From: Squalus acanthias | Taxonomy: Eukaryota | NCBI GenBank assembly: GCA_030390025.1 | Contig: CM059452.1 | Location: forward strand, 8,122,001-8,186,000 | Length of the DNA: 64,000 nucleotides | Direction of reading: 5' to 3' | Shown: piece after piece, positions 49,529 through 62,287 of the stretch | Position numbering within the stretch: position 1 is the first letter of the stretch | Layout of the letters: the number at the start of each line of letters is the position of its first letter | The notes under the pieces: generated by a model | The model's input: the letters and a program-made list of their open reading frames with translations, nothing else | Databases searched by the model: none | Told to the model about the DNA's origin: nothing | Program-made: the position numbers and the translations under genes

Positions 49529-50352
49529 AATGGCCGCAGTCTCCCCACACCGGTAGCACGCACATCACCCGGTGCCTCCTCTTAGTTGCAGCTTTCGGAC
49601 TGAAGCGGCGAATTTGAAGTGTTTCTGTCAGCACACGGAGTCCCCGTCATTTCCTGAATCAAACCAAGAGCCTGGTTTCAATGAGCTGCCGGTGATCATT
49701 GTCGCTGTCTGTGTTCATCATCACTGCCCGCGGCCCCGGCACACAGGCTCCGTGAGCTGCACTGCTTTGTCCCGGACATCTGATCATCCGACCCCGGGAA
49801 TGGGTGAGGATTCTGTCTGACCGTTACCGGCCTCACCCACAATGTCCTGGACACATCCCGGAACTACTCGGAAAGAGGGAAAAACCTTCGGACTGAAGTT
49901 CATTCTTCAAAAAGATTCCTATTTAAGGGAGATGAGAAGCTGGAATTCTCTGCCAGACACTGTTACTGACGCAGACTCCATCAATTATTCTTTTAGAAAG
50001 AAGCCTGTTGGGTACTGAGAGAATTATTAAAGAGCACAGGGAGCGAGAACGGAAGTGAAGACTTGATGGGCTTAATCACCTTTTTGTGTTTTAATATATG
50101 AAGATTCATTGAGAATGAATTCCTGAAGAGTGTCTCCATTCTGTATTTTACTGGACACGTAGAAACGGCCCAAAATAAACCTCGCGGTGTCCTGACAGAC
50201 CAATCCACGTTACATTCATTGCATCGAAAGTTGAAATGTGCATCAGAAAACAGTCACATGAGGGCAGTGTGAACCAACACTGCTGCTTAATAGTTTGTCA
50301 GATTGTGTCTAAAATAAGGCTCATCGTTAACGTGAGGAGGGACCTTTGTACT

Positions 50353-50900
50353 GCGGCCCGGTGTGAGCTCAGAGACAGTGTGAGCTAGTGTCAGTGAGAC
50401 ACACTGAGTGTGAGCGGCCCGGTGTGAGCTCAGAGACAGTGTGAGCTAGTGTCAGTGAGACACACTGAGTGTGAGCGGCCCGGTGTGAGCTCAGAGACAG
50501 TGTGAGCTGATGTCAGTGAGAAACACTGTGTGTGAGCGGCCCGGTGTGAGCTCAGAGACAGTGTGAACTGGTGTCAGTGAGAAACACTGAGTGTGAACGG
50601 CCCGGTGTGAGCTCAGAGACAGTGTGAGCTGATGTCAGTGAGAAACACTGTGTGTGAGCGGCCCGGTGTGAGCTCAGAGACAGTGTGAGCTGATGTCAGT
50701 GAGAAACACTGTGTGTGAGCGGCCCGGTGTGAGCTCAGAGACAGTGTGAACTGGTGTCAGTGAGAAACACTGAGTGTGAACGGCCCGGTGTGAGATCAGA
50801 GACAGTGTGAGCTGGTGTCAGTGAGAAACACTGAGTGTGAGCGGCCCGGTGTGAGCTCAGAGACAGTGTGAGCTGGTGTCAGTGAGAAACACTGAGAGTG
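50353..50900. repeat. 61-bp tandem repeat (~9 copies)
   Basis: GCGGCCCGGTGTGAGCTCAGAGACAGTGTGAGCT..TGTCAGTGAGA.ACACTG.GTGTGA. Confidence 0.92.
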
Positions 50901-51088
50901 GGCGCCCCGGGGTGGGTAAACCCAGAGATATAGCTTGTTTCGTTAGTTCGACGGGAAGAAACCTCTGCGTTGGACAAGAAGCGAGAGTCTGTCTCTTTGT
51001 TAATTACCCTGAATATAATATCCGTGTCCTAGTTCTAACCCGACCTCTGTGTACATTTCTTTCAGCCTCCTCTTCATCTGATCGGATA

Positions 51089-51453
51089 ATGCTCCGGATT
51101 TACAGAGTTTCCCTGCTGATTTACACTCTGATCTGCACGGATGTGAGCGGTGAAGATGAGGTGAAGCAGTTCCCTCGGCGTGTGGTTGTTAGTGAAGAGG
51201 GAATCGTATCGATCAACTGCTCCGCTACCGCTGCCTTTACCGTCCTGCGCTGGTACAAACAGCACCCGGATCAGACCCTCCAGCACCTGGTGATGGCTTC
51301 AAGCGGGGCCGATCTGCACGGGAGGATCACTGCTTCAATCGGGGGAGGCAATAAACTCAGTGCCCTGAGACGCGCGAATGAGAGACAGCGCCACCTATCT
51401 CTGCGCCGTGAGCCCACAGTGTAACAAACAGGCGGAGAGTCCGCACAGAAACC
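51089..51453 (+). pseudogene. TCR V pseudogene, frameshift in FR3; 23-RSS 51415-51453
   Basis: EDEVKQFP..INCS..WYKQHP; DSATYLCAVS lies in another frame; CACAGTG-23-ACAGAAACC. Confidence 0.85.
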
Positions 51454-51980
51454 TGCACCGAGGGGGAGTGCCGCTCTGCTGTGTTTGGAGCAACGGGATT
51501 GGGAGGGGCCCGGTTATAATAATCGGAGGACAGAGGGAATGAACACAGAAAAATAATAGGAAATATAGAAGAGAGAGATTTAAAGAAATTCTGAAATGCA
51601 GAAATTTTGAAACACAGAGAGAGGAAAACAAAGTGAAGGCACTAAAGATAGAATGAGAGAAAGAGAAAAATCAATGTAATAGTACGTGTAGTGGACAGCA
51701 AATTAGGAAAGGAGGGAAATTAAAGAAAGTGTTAAACCACGAGTGAGAAACATAAATCTTAAAGGTAAGAGAAAGCCATAAAGAAAGAGATTCAAAAATT
51801 GTAAAATTGTCTGAACCGCCTCTCCCAAAACTCGGACGCTGGAAAGTTCGCCATTGATAAACTCACACCCTACGCAAAATATTATCCTGACATCATGTGG
51901 AGATGCCGGTGTTGGACTGAGGTGGACAAATGTGAGAAGTCGCACAACACCAGGTTATAGTCCAACAGCTTTATTTGAAA

Positions 51981-52017
51981 TCACAAGCTTTCGGAGCGCT
52001 GCTCCTTCGTCAGGTGA
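51981..52017 (-). ncRNA. Minimal hammerhead ribozyme (Penelope pLTR)
   Basis: TCAC CTGACGA AGGAGC AGC GCTCC GAAAGCTT GTGA. Confidence 0.65.
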
Positions 52018-54403
52018 AGTGAAGAGATGCATATAGGCACAGCATATATAGTCAGAGAACACTGCCAGATGATTACAGTTAATCTTTCTAACTGCCCAAT
52101 ATCACACCTCGACAGAGAGATAATCACGGCAATCACAGGTGTGGATGGTGTCCAAACAGGTCAGTCAGGAAAACATTACATCAAAGACAATGAGGTGGGG
52201 TCACAAGGGGTCAAATGTGGCAGATGCTGGGGTCTGTATGGAAAACAAAAAACTTTTTTTGCTGGAAATCACAGCAGGTCCGGCCGCATCTGTGCAGAGA
52301 GAACAAGCCAACGACGACTCGAGTCTGGATGACTCTATGTCAGGTGGGGTTACATGTAGCGTGACATGAATTCAAGATCCCGGTTGAGGCCGTCCTCATG
52401 GGTGCAGAACTTGGCTATCAGTTTCTGCTCGACGATTTTGCGTTGTCGTGTGTCTCGAAGGCCACCTTGGAGAACGTTTACCCGAAGATCGGCGGCTGAA
52501 TGTCCTTGACTGCTGAAGTGTTCCCCGACTGGGAGGGAACACTCCTGCCTGGCGATTGTTGTGCGGTGTCCGTTCACACGTTGTCGCGGTGTCTGCATGG
52601 TCTCGCCGATGTACCATGCTCCGGGGCATCCTTTCCTGCAACGTATGAGGTAGACAACGTTGGCCGAGTCACATGAGTATGTACCATGTACCTGGTGCGT
52701 GGTGTCCTCACGTGTGATGATGGTATCTGTGTTGATGATCTGGCATGTCTTGCAGAGGTTGCCGTGGCAGGGTTGTGTGGTCTCGTGGTCACTGTTCTCC
52801 TGAAAGCTGGATAATTTGCTGCGAACGATGGTCTGTTGAGGTTAGGCGGCTGTTTGAAGGCGAGTAGTGGAGGCGTGGGGATGGCCTTAGCGAGGTGTTC
52901 GTCGTCATCGATGACATGTTGAAGGCTGCGAAGAACATGGCGTAGCTTCTCCGCTCCGGGTAAGTACTGGACGACGTAGGGTACCCTGTTGGTTGTGTCC
53001 CCTGCTTGACTTCTGAGGAGGTCTATGCGATTTTTCGCTGTGGCCCGTCGGAACTGTTGATCGACGAGTGGAGCATCATATCCCGTTCTTACGAGGGCGT
53101 CTTTCAGCGTCTGTAGGTGTCCATCGCGTTCCTCCTCGTCTGAGCAGATCCTGTGTATTCGCAGGGCTTGTCCATAGGGGATGGCTTCTTTTACGTGGTT
53201 AGGGTGGAAGCTGGAGAAGTGGAGCATCGTGAGGTTGTCTGTGGGCTTGCGGTAGAGTGAAGTGCTGAGGTGTCCGTCTTTGATGTAGATTCGTATGTCC
53301 AAGAATGAAACCGATTCTGAGGAGTAGTCCATGGTGAGTTTGATGGTGGGATGGAACTTGTTGATGTTATCGTGTAGTCTTTTCAGTGATTCTTCGCCGT
53401 GGGTCCATAGGAAGGAAATGTCGTCGATGTATCTGGTATATAGCGTTGGTTGGAGGTCCTGTGCAGCGAAGATGTCTTGCTCGAACTTGTGCATGAAGAT
53501 GTTGGCGTATTGGGGTGCGAATTTGGTCCCCATGGCTGTCCCCACGCCTCCACTACTCGCCTCCAAACAGCTGCCTAACCTCAAACAGACCATCGTTCGC
53601 AGCAAATTACCCAGCTTTCAGGAGAACAGCGACCACGACACCACACAACCCTGCCACGGCAACCTCAGCAAGACATGCCAGATCATCAACACAGATACCA
53701 TCATCACACGTGGGGACACCACCCACCAGGTACATGGTACATACTCATGTGACTCGGCCAACGTTGTCTACCTCATACGTTGCAGGAAAGGATGCCCCGG
53801 AGCATGGTACATCGGCGAGACCATGCAGACACTGCTACAACGTGTGAACGGACACCGAACAACAATCGCCAGGTAGGAGTGTTCCCTCCCAGTCGGGGAA
53901 CACTTCAGCAGTCAAGGACATTCAGCCTCCGATCTTCGGGTAAGCGTTCTCCAAGGTGGCCTTCGAGACACACGACAACGCAAAATCGTCGAGCAGAATC
54001 TGATAGCCAAGTTCTGCACCCATGAGGACGGCCTCAACCGGGATCTTGGGTTCATCTCACGCTCCATGTATCCCCACCTGACGTAGAGTCATCCAGACTC
54101 GAGTCGTCGTTGGCTTGTTCTCTCTACACAGATGCGGCCGGACCTGCTGTGATTTCCAGCAAAAAAAGTTTTTTGTTTTCCATACAGACCCCAGCATCTG
54201 CCACATTTGACCCCTTGTGACCCCACCTCATTGTCTTTGATGTAATGTTTTCCTGACTGACCTGTTTGGACACCATCCACACCTATCATTGCCGTGATTA
54301 TCTCTCTGCCGAGGTGTGATAAAGGGCAGTTAGAAAGATTAACTGTAATCATCTGGCAGTGTTCTCTGACTATATATGCTGTGCCTATATGCATCTCTTC
54401 CCT

Positions 54404-54440
54404 TCACCTGACGAAGGAGCAGCGCTCCGAAAGCTTGTGA
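54404..54440 (+). ncRNA. Minimal hammerhead ribozyme (Penelope pLTR)
   Basis: Identical motif in the opposite arm. Confidence 0.65.
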
Positions 54441-54522
54441 TTTCAAATAAAGCTGTTGGACTATAACCTGGTGTTGTGCGACTTCTCACTATTATCCTGA
54501 CAGAGTAAAGTTCTCAGAGTGA

Positions 54523-54536
54523 TCGCTAGAGGGCGC
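54523..54536 (+). promoter_or_regulatory. CTCF-like motif
   Basis: TCGCTAGAGGGCGC. Confidence 0.5.
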
Positions 54537-54770
54537 CGTGGTCACATGTTTCTCGCCGTTACCAACTGGAAATGATGGAGGCAAAGCTTGCAGTAACACT
54601 GCCCGCGGCAGCCCCGCCCACAGCTTCCGTTTGCTGCTCTCGCTCTGACCCGCCTTCTGTTATCGGAGAGCTTACTGCCTCTGTTACTTCTTTGGCATTG
54701 GTTGGATCAGCAGTGCAGTGCGGTGGGGATCTGTATTTCTGCTCCTACAGAGGATTTCCAGGACTGTAGA

Positions 54771-55102
54771 ATGTGCAACCGCCTCGCACCGCTCCTCATC
54801 ATTATATCACTTCTCAGTAAGTATTTCCTCCCCAGTTAAAGTCCATTCTCCCCTGACGGCTGTAACCCAGCTATGATAATTGGTTAAATGATTCTGATGA
54901 TGATTGTGATAGAGATGACTATTACTATTATTTTATATTAGAATGGAGCCTGCAAGACGCAGTGGAACAGCCGGTTCCTGAAATAACGGTTGAAGAGAAA
55001 AGTAATGTCACTCTAAACTGCGCCTTGAAAACCGCCGCTAGTAACCCTTATGTGTACTGGTGCAGTCAGCACCCCGGGCAGCCTCCACAGTACGTGTTTT
55101 AG
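54771..55102 (+). pseudogene. TCR V pseudogene, 3'-truncated (leader 54771-54816; V from 54942)
   Basis: DAVEQPVPEITVEEKSNVTLNC..YVYWCSQHPGQPPQYVF*; no FR3 or RSS. Confidence 0.8.
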
Positions 55103-55376
55103 TGAGTCACTATCACAAAGGGATGGGGTTCACCTCACTTCCCTCCACAAGGAGGAGAGGAACTTGCTGGTCATTAGACCACTGACATGTCCGGATGTGA
55201 ACCGCGGGTGAACAATGTCTATTTCCAGCCAATCCAAGCACAGCAAACCCACGTGACTGAGACTTTAACTGGGCGGCGCTGACTTTAATCAGCCGCCTGT
55301 TCAATGTCGTCACTCGGTTCGGGGTCTTCTGATGCGAGCTGTCTGCCGCTTTCCTCTTGACATTGTAATTACAAGG

Positions 55377-55844
55377 ATGTATTACTCGGTACAAGTGAAT
55401 GTATCACTCGTTATTCTGGTGCTGCTACCATGTAGGTACAGGAGCTGTGCTCAATAACCCGCAGTGTTTTTTTATTCACGTTGCTCCGGTGTTTTATTAT
55501 CTGAATGTTTTTACAGGTCGATGTCTCTCGGACCGAGTGCTGCAGTCTCCCGCTGCGATAACAGTCCGGAGCGGGGATTCGGTGCAGATAAACTGCAGCT
55601 ATGACATGTCCAGCATTTACGGCATGCACTGGTACAAACAGAGACCCAGTCAGGGACTGGAGTGGGTAATAATGCTGGCATCAGCTGGCAAAGAGAAAGG
55701 GACCGATTTGAATTGGATCTTTCCACTGCGGACAAACGCGGCCAATTGGTCATTGAGAGCACGGAGAGCGCGGATACCGCGGTGTATTACTGTGCGATAG
55801 AGCCGCACACTGAGAGGAAACGCGGCAGTCACTGTACAAAAACC
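55377..55844 (+). pseudogene. TCR V with one 1-nt frameshift at ~55697 (leader 55377-55431; V 55517-55805; 23-RSS 55806-55844)
   Basis: DRVLQSP..INCSY..MHWYKQRPSQGLEW / DRFELDL..DTAVYYCAIE; CACACTG-23-ACAAAAACC. Confidence 0.85.
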
Positions 55845-56364
55845 TCCCTCCTGTTTACAGTCCCGTAACAGCTGCAGCAATCTCTCCAAAAACACAGGGC
55901 TGGCAAGGCGGGTCAGAGCGAGAGCAGCGAACGGAAGCTGTGGGCGGGGCTGCCGCAGGCAGTGTGACCGCAAGGTTTGTCTCTATAATTTCCAGTTGAT
56001 AGCGGGTTTGATCAGAGATACTGACAGTCACAGCATAAAGTATCGGCCTGTGGAGCCGTCACTCAGTGAGGGCATTCCTTGGTCTGAGGAAAACTTCAGC
56101 ATTGCTTAATTGTGGGATTATATTCACCGGGGCCGAATCGGTCACACTGAGTGTTTATTTTATGCTGGTGTGTGACGACTCATCGAGAGCATTAACTTCA
56201 TTCTCCTGTAACATTCGTGTTTACACCGAGGTGTCCACACTGTGTTTGAGATTTCCTCTGGTCGCTATTTCTGACAAAACAGAATAAGCTTGCGATTTCG
56301 TTAAAACAACTTTCAGAGGAGAATTCCACAGAGAAAGCAGAGGAAATGTTCCCCTTGTGTGTCC

Positions 56365-56510
56365 CCATCAGAAGGTTAATCAAACCCGACCCCCATCAAC
56401 CACCTCAGTCTGATTACTGAGAATGAGTGAAATAAACTGAACATCTTCATCTACATTCAAACCGATATATTGTCATTTCGAGATCATATCTTACCGCCAT
56501 CATCCGACTG
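56365..56510 (+). pseudogene. Possible highly decayed TCR V remnant
   Basis: QKVNQTRP.. start and a YRHH..-like FR2 trace resembling the V at 62130. Confidence 0.3.
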
Positions 56511-57665
56511 TTTTGGCAATAGCTCGGAGGTGAATATGAGCCCCTCTCCTAAATATCTTCTGAACCCGTTAGATTAATGTCTGCCTGAAACTAACAGGAA
56601 GCGCAGAAATTAATCACATGGGGAGGGAAATAGTGGCTGTCAGCAGTCAACCTCCTTTCTCCTCTGGTTCACAACAACACGTTTCGAGTAAGCACGAGAC
56701 TCCGTAGTGGAGTATACGGAACAGACCTTATTGATACACAGAAAGGTGACCAGCCTTTAACTCTATACAGAGAGTGACTGTTTCGGTTTCTGTATCTTTC
56801 GAGTACACGCTGAGATACTGTTGAAAACCACGATCCTTTATACACCATTTTTGACTACATCAAAGGAAAATGTCATTGATACGCCTTTATGACGTATCTT
56901 ATCTTCCAAATCCTTTGGAAACAGAATATTGATGTAAACAATTTGCAATTGTTTACCACAGAACGACTCCCCCTACACGAGACTTCCTGACGTTAACAGT
57001 TACTAGTATCTTTGAAGTAACAGCTGTACCAACTGCTCCCTGTAGCTAATGATTCCCTTCTAACCATGTTTATTACCCTAAAACTAAACCACTCATGGGT
57101 GACGTCATTACTATCACTTATTCCCTTACACAAGCACTTTACATCTCAGAAAACAATCACTGCATTCTGTTTACGACAATTCAAAATATCCTGTTTATAT
57201 CTTGGAAAGCCTGGAAGCTTGTTAATCCAAGATACAAAGAAGTTCGACTGTTAACCCGTAACTCCCCAAGATGTCCAACATACATCTCTCCAGGCTGTCC
57301 AACAGAGGTTAGTGATACGGGAGAAACTCCTCACTCGGGTTACAATCCTGTCTCTCTGAGTGTGTCGCCCACGACATATTTTAATATGTAAGGTATTTTT
57401 TTTCAAACTGTAGCTTTACAAAATTACCAAAAATGTCACTTAGCAGTTGCTTTAAGATTTGCAGTAGAAGGAAATCATCCATAAGCGTGGTGGAGAGAGA
57501 TTGTGACGGTGAAAACAAGACAGAACAAGCGGGAGGGGAGGTATTTTACTGAACACCAGGAACACAACACAAATATAAACAGGTCTGAAATGCTGATGGT
57601 TTTCGACATATCATGAATAACATGGGACTGAATGCGGAGGAAGCAGCGAGAAACATATGATCACG

Positions 57666-57679
57666 GCGCCCTCTGGCAG
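57666..57679 (-). promoter_or_regulatory. CTCF-like motif
   Basis: CTGCCAGAGGGCGC on minus strand. Confidence 0.45.
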
Positions 57680-58280
57680 ATACAATGGGAATTTTTACAC
57701 TTTTCCGATACTAGGTGAAAACAGACAGTAAGTTTATCTATGGGGCAGTTTCCAGTGCCCATTTATTGCGAGACCTGTTGTGGTGATGCTGATGGTGAAT
57801 GTAGAGCCTTGTACATCAACACTTACAGCGACAGAAACATTAATCAGATGAATTCGAGCTTGGAAATTGACAGCTTGCGCTCGCAGATTTAACCCTTTCT
57901 GATCTGCACAATAAACAACAACTCACAACCCACATTCACAACAACTGACTTTCATTTCCTTTCAGTTCTACTGGCGCCAGATGCTCGTGACCTTTGTGCA
58001 CAGGCTCCAGACAGTCAGTATGTTTCTCCTCCTGTATTTCCCGGTGTCCAGTGATTCCTTTCTCTGTGTCTCCGCACTGTGGGAACCCGAATACAAACTG
58101 GTCCCCTGCTCAGGGAGAACAAGCGACCGAGGCCCAGACAGGCCGCTGTTCATCTGTCTCTCAGTCAGCAGCCTGGTTACCTCTATGAAAGCCTTTCACT
58201 CATCTACCTGCATATATTATTAATAAAGTTAAATATGAATAACAATGAAAAGTTTAAGGTCTAATCTACAAATACCAGGT

Positions 58281-58700
58281 ATCAGCCGTGGCTCCGTTTG
58301 TAGAACTCTCGCCTCTGAGTCAGAAGGTTGTGGGGTCAAATCCCACTCCAGAGACTTGTGCACAGAATGCTAGGCCCACCCTCCCGATGTGAGTCCTGAG
58401 GGAGTGCTGCACTGTCGCAGGTGTCGTCTTTCGGACGAGTCGTTAACCTGAGGCCCTGTCTGTCCTCTCAAGAGGACGTAATAGATCCCAATATTTCTAA
58501 AAAGAGCAGCGGAGTTTTCCTGGTGTCCTGGTCAATGTTAATCTCTCGATCAACAACAGCAAAACATATTATCTAGTCATTATGACGTCACTGTTTGTGT
58601 GATGCTGCTGGGCCGTGACTGATCTTCAAAAGTATTTCATTGGCTGTTAAGCAATTGGGGACGTCGTGAAAGGCGCTCTAGCAATTCTCTTTATTTCTTA
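58281..58700 (+). mobile_element. tRNA-derived SINE, near full length
   Basis: tRNA-like head (GTGGCTCCGTTTGTAG, GGGTCAAATCC) plus shared body and tail. Confidence 0.75.
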
Positions 58701-58872
58701 CTTTACTCGTGTAACTGCAGTGTAAATTTTATTATATATTAATGATTAATAAAAGGAAATACGTATTAGAATTAACAGTACAAGGTCTAACCATAAATAC
58801 AGGGACCAGCTGAGACTCGCCCCTGATCACAATGTTCCCCTGACGCGCTGATATGTTGAGCGACGCTCTGAC

Positions 58873-59360
58873 AGTTTTTGTACAGGTCCAGCCCAGCTCC
58901 GTGTCTCTGTGGGGCTCAGTGCGCAGTAATACACCGCGGAGTCTGTCAGTTGTGTTTCAGACACATTCAGCGGGACGGTTCGGTTCGAATCATTGAGCTT
59001 CGCTGATAAACGGTCCCCTGGAAATCTCCCTCCATTCTCGCCAAATCTGTTTCTCTGTCAGCAGATACTCTATGGATCCGCTGGGATACTGACGGTACCA
59101 GAATAGTTCAGGAGTGCTGGTGCTTGTAGCTGTATAATTACAGTGCAACTGAACATCGTCTCCTTCACTGACTGTGGTTGCAGCCGGTGTCTGTGAAACG
59201 GAATCTCCTCGACAATATCCTGCAAGAGCCCAGAGCGATACTAAATTAAACAATGTCACTTCACTGTGTTTACCCCCCAGAATCAACCTGTCACCCCCAA
59301 CACTTACCTGAAAAGCAAATCAGGGCAGTTAAACATAAATATATATCCCCACAGCTCAGG
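58873..59360 (-). pseudogene. TCR alpha-type V pseudogene (V 58912-59219; 23-RSS 58873-58911; leader lacks ATG)
   Basis: DSVSQTP..LHCNY..LFWYRQYP..YLL +1 frameshift ..DSAVYYCALS; CACAGAG-23-ACAAAAACT. Confidence 0.85.
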
Positions 59361-60207
59361 GGCTGCAACGGGAACGTGCTTGGATGGACTGAATAAAAGT
59401 TCCTTTAATGAACCTTCAGCACCTTCCAACGGGATCAGTTCCTCACCTTCACCTCTTGTGATGTGAAGGGAAAACTCCAAACTGTCTGTGGGTTTAAGAC
59501 TCATGTGTCTGTCAATGTCCGTCATTGGCTCCGGCGGGACGGTTGGGTCTGTCTGCCATTCGCCTTTAATCTCACCTCAACTCATCCGCTTTCATTCACT
59601 GAGGGAGATTGTCGAGTTTCCCCAAACAGTGTTCAGTGTTGAGTCAAATGGGATCCAGATAGTTTTCTTCACTTCGGATCAACCTATTGATATTCAAGAG
59701 TTATGGGAACTGACCGATTAAATATAATGTATGATACAGATGGGAAACACAATGCTGTGTCACTTGTGAACTTACCAATTAAGAAAGCTGCAGCTGTGAC
59801 GAATAAATAAAAAGTAACAGCCAACATGTCTGCAGAGAGTTGATGGTGGATTTGAACAGAACGGTTTGAAGCTGAAATTGTCTTGTAGTCAAGAATTGGG
59901 AAGATGTTGAGTAATATCCGGTCTCTCTGCCGTTTGGTCCGTTCCCGACAGAGTCAGCAGATCACATTCAATCAGCTCTCGGTCCTTTGTTCTCCAATTC
60001 ATCCAATCAGTTTGTAGCTCCTTTGTTTTCCAATTCAACCAATCCGCTCACAGCTCCTTTGTTCGCCAATTCATGACGTCAGAGCGGGGATCATAGAACG
60101 GAGTGAAATTGTTCGCCCTTTAGCAGCGTCAGTCTGTGAGGGGGAGCAGTGAAGGGCAATAGTTAATGTTGTTCTGGTGCCGGAGCCTCCCATCTAAACC
60201 AGACACC

Positions 60208-60570
60208 ATGTGTTCCCCATGTTCCTCACTGATATTAGTGGTCGTGCTGCCCGGTGAGTCTATGTTTAAAGGAACGTATGTATTTCATGGGTTATATTTA
60301 CTCCCAGACTTTTGACAGATTCTGTATTTTGTTACAATGGCGAAGCCTCATTAACACATGATCCACCTGATTTACGGTTCAGGAAGGACAGATCTTAATA
60401 CTGAACACTAGTTACTCCACAGCCGATAGATTTCCCTACCTCTTCTGGTACAACCAGTATCCCCGGGGATGATCCGAGATATTTAATGAGGAGATACATC
60501 TCGGTGCACGGAGACACGTCTCCAGATTTCCCAGAGCGGTTCTCCGCTGACTTGGACAAAGGCACAGACA
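60208..60570 (+). pseudogene. Decayed, 3'-truncated TCR V, paralog of 63630-63930
   Basis: Leader MCSPCSSLILVVVLP|gtgagt; LFWYNQYP, RYLMR, SPDFPERFSA in broken frames; TGACGTCA at 60074. Confidence 0.75.
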
Positions 60571-60680
60571 GGAATGATATAGAAACCTAATAGTCTATTG
60601 TCTCCGTGGGTTTGGGATCAAATTAACCCCACAGATAACAGCACAGAAGAACACATAATGGAGCTGTAAATTCTCGCTGA

Positions 60681-61238
60681 GGTTTTTGTACGGGGCCTTT
60701 GCTTTTTCTGACGCTGTGCCTCACTGCACAGTAATAGACCGCCCCGTCCTCCACACTCAAGCTGCTTATATTGAGGTAACCGTACTTTCTAGACGTGTTA
60801 GCAGCCGCCAGATATTGTCCTGAGATTTCGACTCCCTTCAGTGCTACTGTTTTGCTAATTATCCAGCTTGGAGGCTGTGACGGTTTTTGCCGATACCATT
60901 GCATGTAGTCAATATCCGGGCTTTTATATTCGCAATCTAACTGCACCGAACCCCCTGTTGACACGGCGATTGTCACCGGAGACTGAGTTACTGGATCTAC
61001 ACATAGTCCGCCTGTGAACATAGGGGAACAGAAGAGCAGAAGATTAAATCGAAACGTGTGTCTATCTGTATGAGAGTGGGTAACCCTCCATCTACGCAGC
61101 TGTCCATCATGTGGATATTTCTGATCGGTAATTGTACTAAATCCCTGCACACGCTCTTTGCATCAACCAGCTAACCTGTGTTTTTAATATAATCCAATAC
61201 TTACTGTTCAACACAGCCGCCAGTATTATTAGAAACAT
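60681..61238 (-). CDS. TCR alpha/delta V gene, intact (leader 61205-61238; V 60719-61011; RSS with 22-bp spacer)
   Basis: MFLIILAAVLN|SGLCV-DPVTQSP..LDCEY..MQWYRQKP..DGAVYYCAVR; CACAGCG-22-ACAAAAACC. Confidence 0.88.
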
Positions 61239-61924
61239 GTCTGACTGAATCTCTCACAGTGACTTGGAATTGAATGAGGCAGAGATTGAGAAGGAGAGCG
61301 GTAACCCGGGCTGTTCAGCTCATTGTTCCACCCACACACTGCAGGGGGCGGCCCCATTGTGACCTCACTCAGGCTTCGATCGCTATTGGCTTTGGCGTTT
61401 GCATCACGTGACTTTCTAATTACCATTCTTGGGTTTGGCGCCTTCTGCTTGTGCATGGTGTAACATCGGGCTTAGAATGAGGGCATTGAGGGGATTTAGG
61501 GTTTTTGGTCATATATAAAAACACGATTGCCAGCTATTGACTCTCAAAGAGCAAGATTATAGCTGATGAAAGCCACTCATTATTTCTGATGCGGTGTAAT
61601 CGCTTAATTACGCTCTCACTCTATTTCTTCCCAGTCGCTTGCTCAGTAAGCAAGAGCAGTTTGACCACAGACGTCATGAAGTGGCGAACAAAGGAGCTAT
61701 GAGCTGAGTGGGTGAATTGGAGAAGAAAGCAGCTGTGAGTTGATTGGAAGAACTGGAGTAAAAAGAAACTGTGAGCTGCTTGGATCTCACCTGTTGACTC
61801 TGTCAGGAATGAACCAATCGGCAGAGACGCCGGATATCATTCAACATCTTCCCAAGTCTTGACTAAAATATTTCAGGTTTAACCTGTTCTGTTCAAATCT
61901 GTCATCAACTCTCTGCAAACATGT

Positions 61925-62287
61925 TTCTGCTTTATGCTCAACTCCATCAACTCCATCATGATCCTTCCACAGTATAAACTCGGGCTGTGTGTCTGGGTGG
62001 TGCCGGTACCAATATAAACAATAAAAGGTGCTCCATTTAGTGTCAGAGCGACAGTTTAAAGTCACCGCTTCTCCTTCTGTCTTAACTCCTGAGGACAGCG
62101 GCTGAGTGACAGAATCTCCAAGACTCAGATCTGAAAAACATGTTCAAACTGGAAAAGATCAGACCGGCGGGTGTTTAAAATTCAGAGTCAAACCATGTTT
62201 AGAAATGATAGAAAAGATGAAATGTGTTTGGTCCATAATTACCTGTCAGAAATGCCCCCACACAGCCCAGATGCTGAGTAGCCGCAT
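61925..62287 (-). pseudogene. TCR delta-like V pseudogene (45-bp frameshifted leader; V truncated after CDR2)
   Basis: DSVTQPLSSGVKTEGEAVTLNC..FYCLYWYRHHPDTQPEFILWK..HKAE then switches into an inverted copy of 59825-60080. Confidence 0.8.

Larger units (their letters stand above)
51893..54489. mobile_element. Penelope-like retroelement with inverted duplicated 3' end; 13-bp TSD
   Basis: RT (GTAMGTKFAPQYANIFM, RYIDDI) and GIY-YIG (VVYLIRC..YIGET); arms ~51942-52880 and ~53540-54489 inverted; TATTATCCTGACA at 51880-51892 and 54490-54502. Confidence 0.92.

Noticed and set aside
58050-58145. J-alpha-like stretch (CACTGTG then EYKLVPCSG)
   Set aside because: No FGxG motif, no credible nonamer, no splice donor
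58281-58350. tRNA gene (also ~41020-41105 on minus strand)
   Set aside because: tRNA-derived SINE head; the 58281 copy runs into a SINE body and no full cloverleaf is evident
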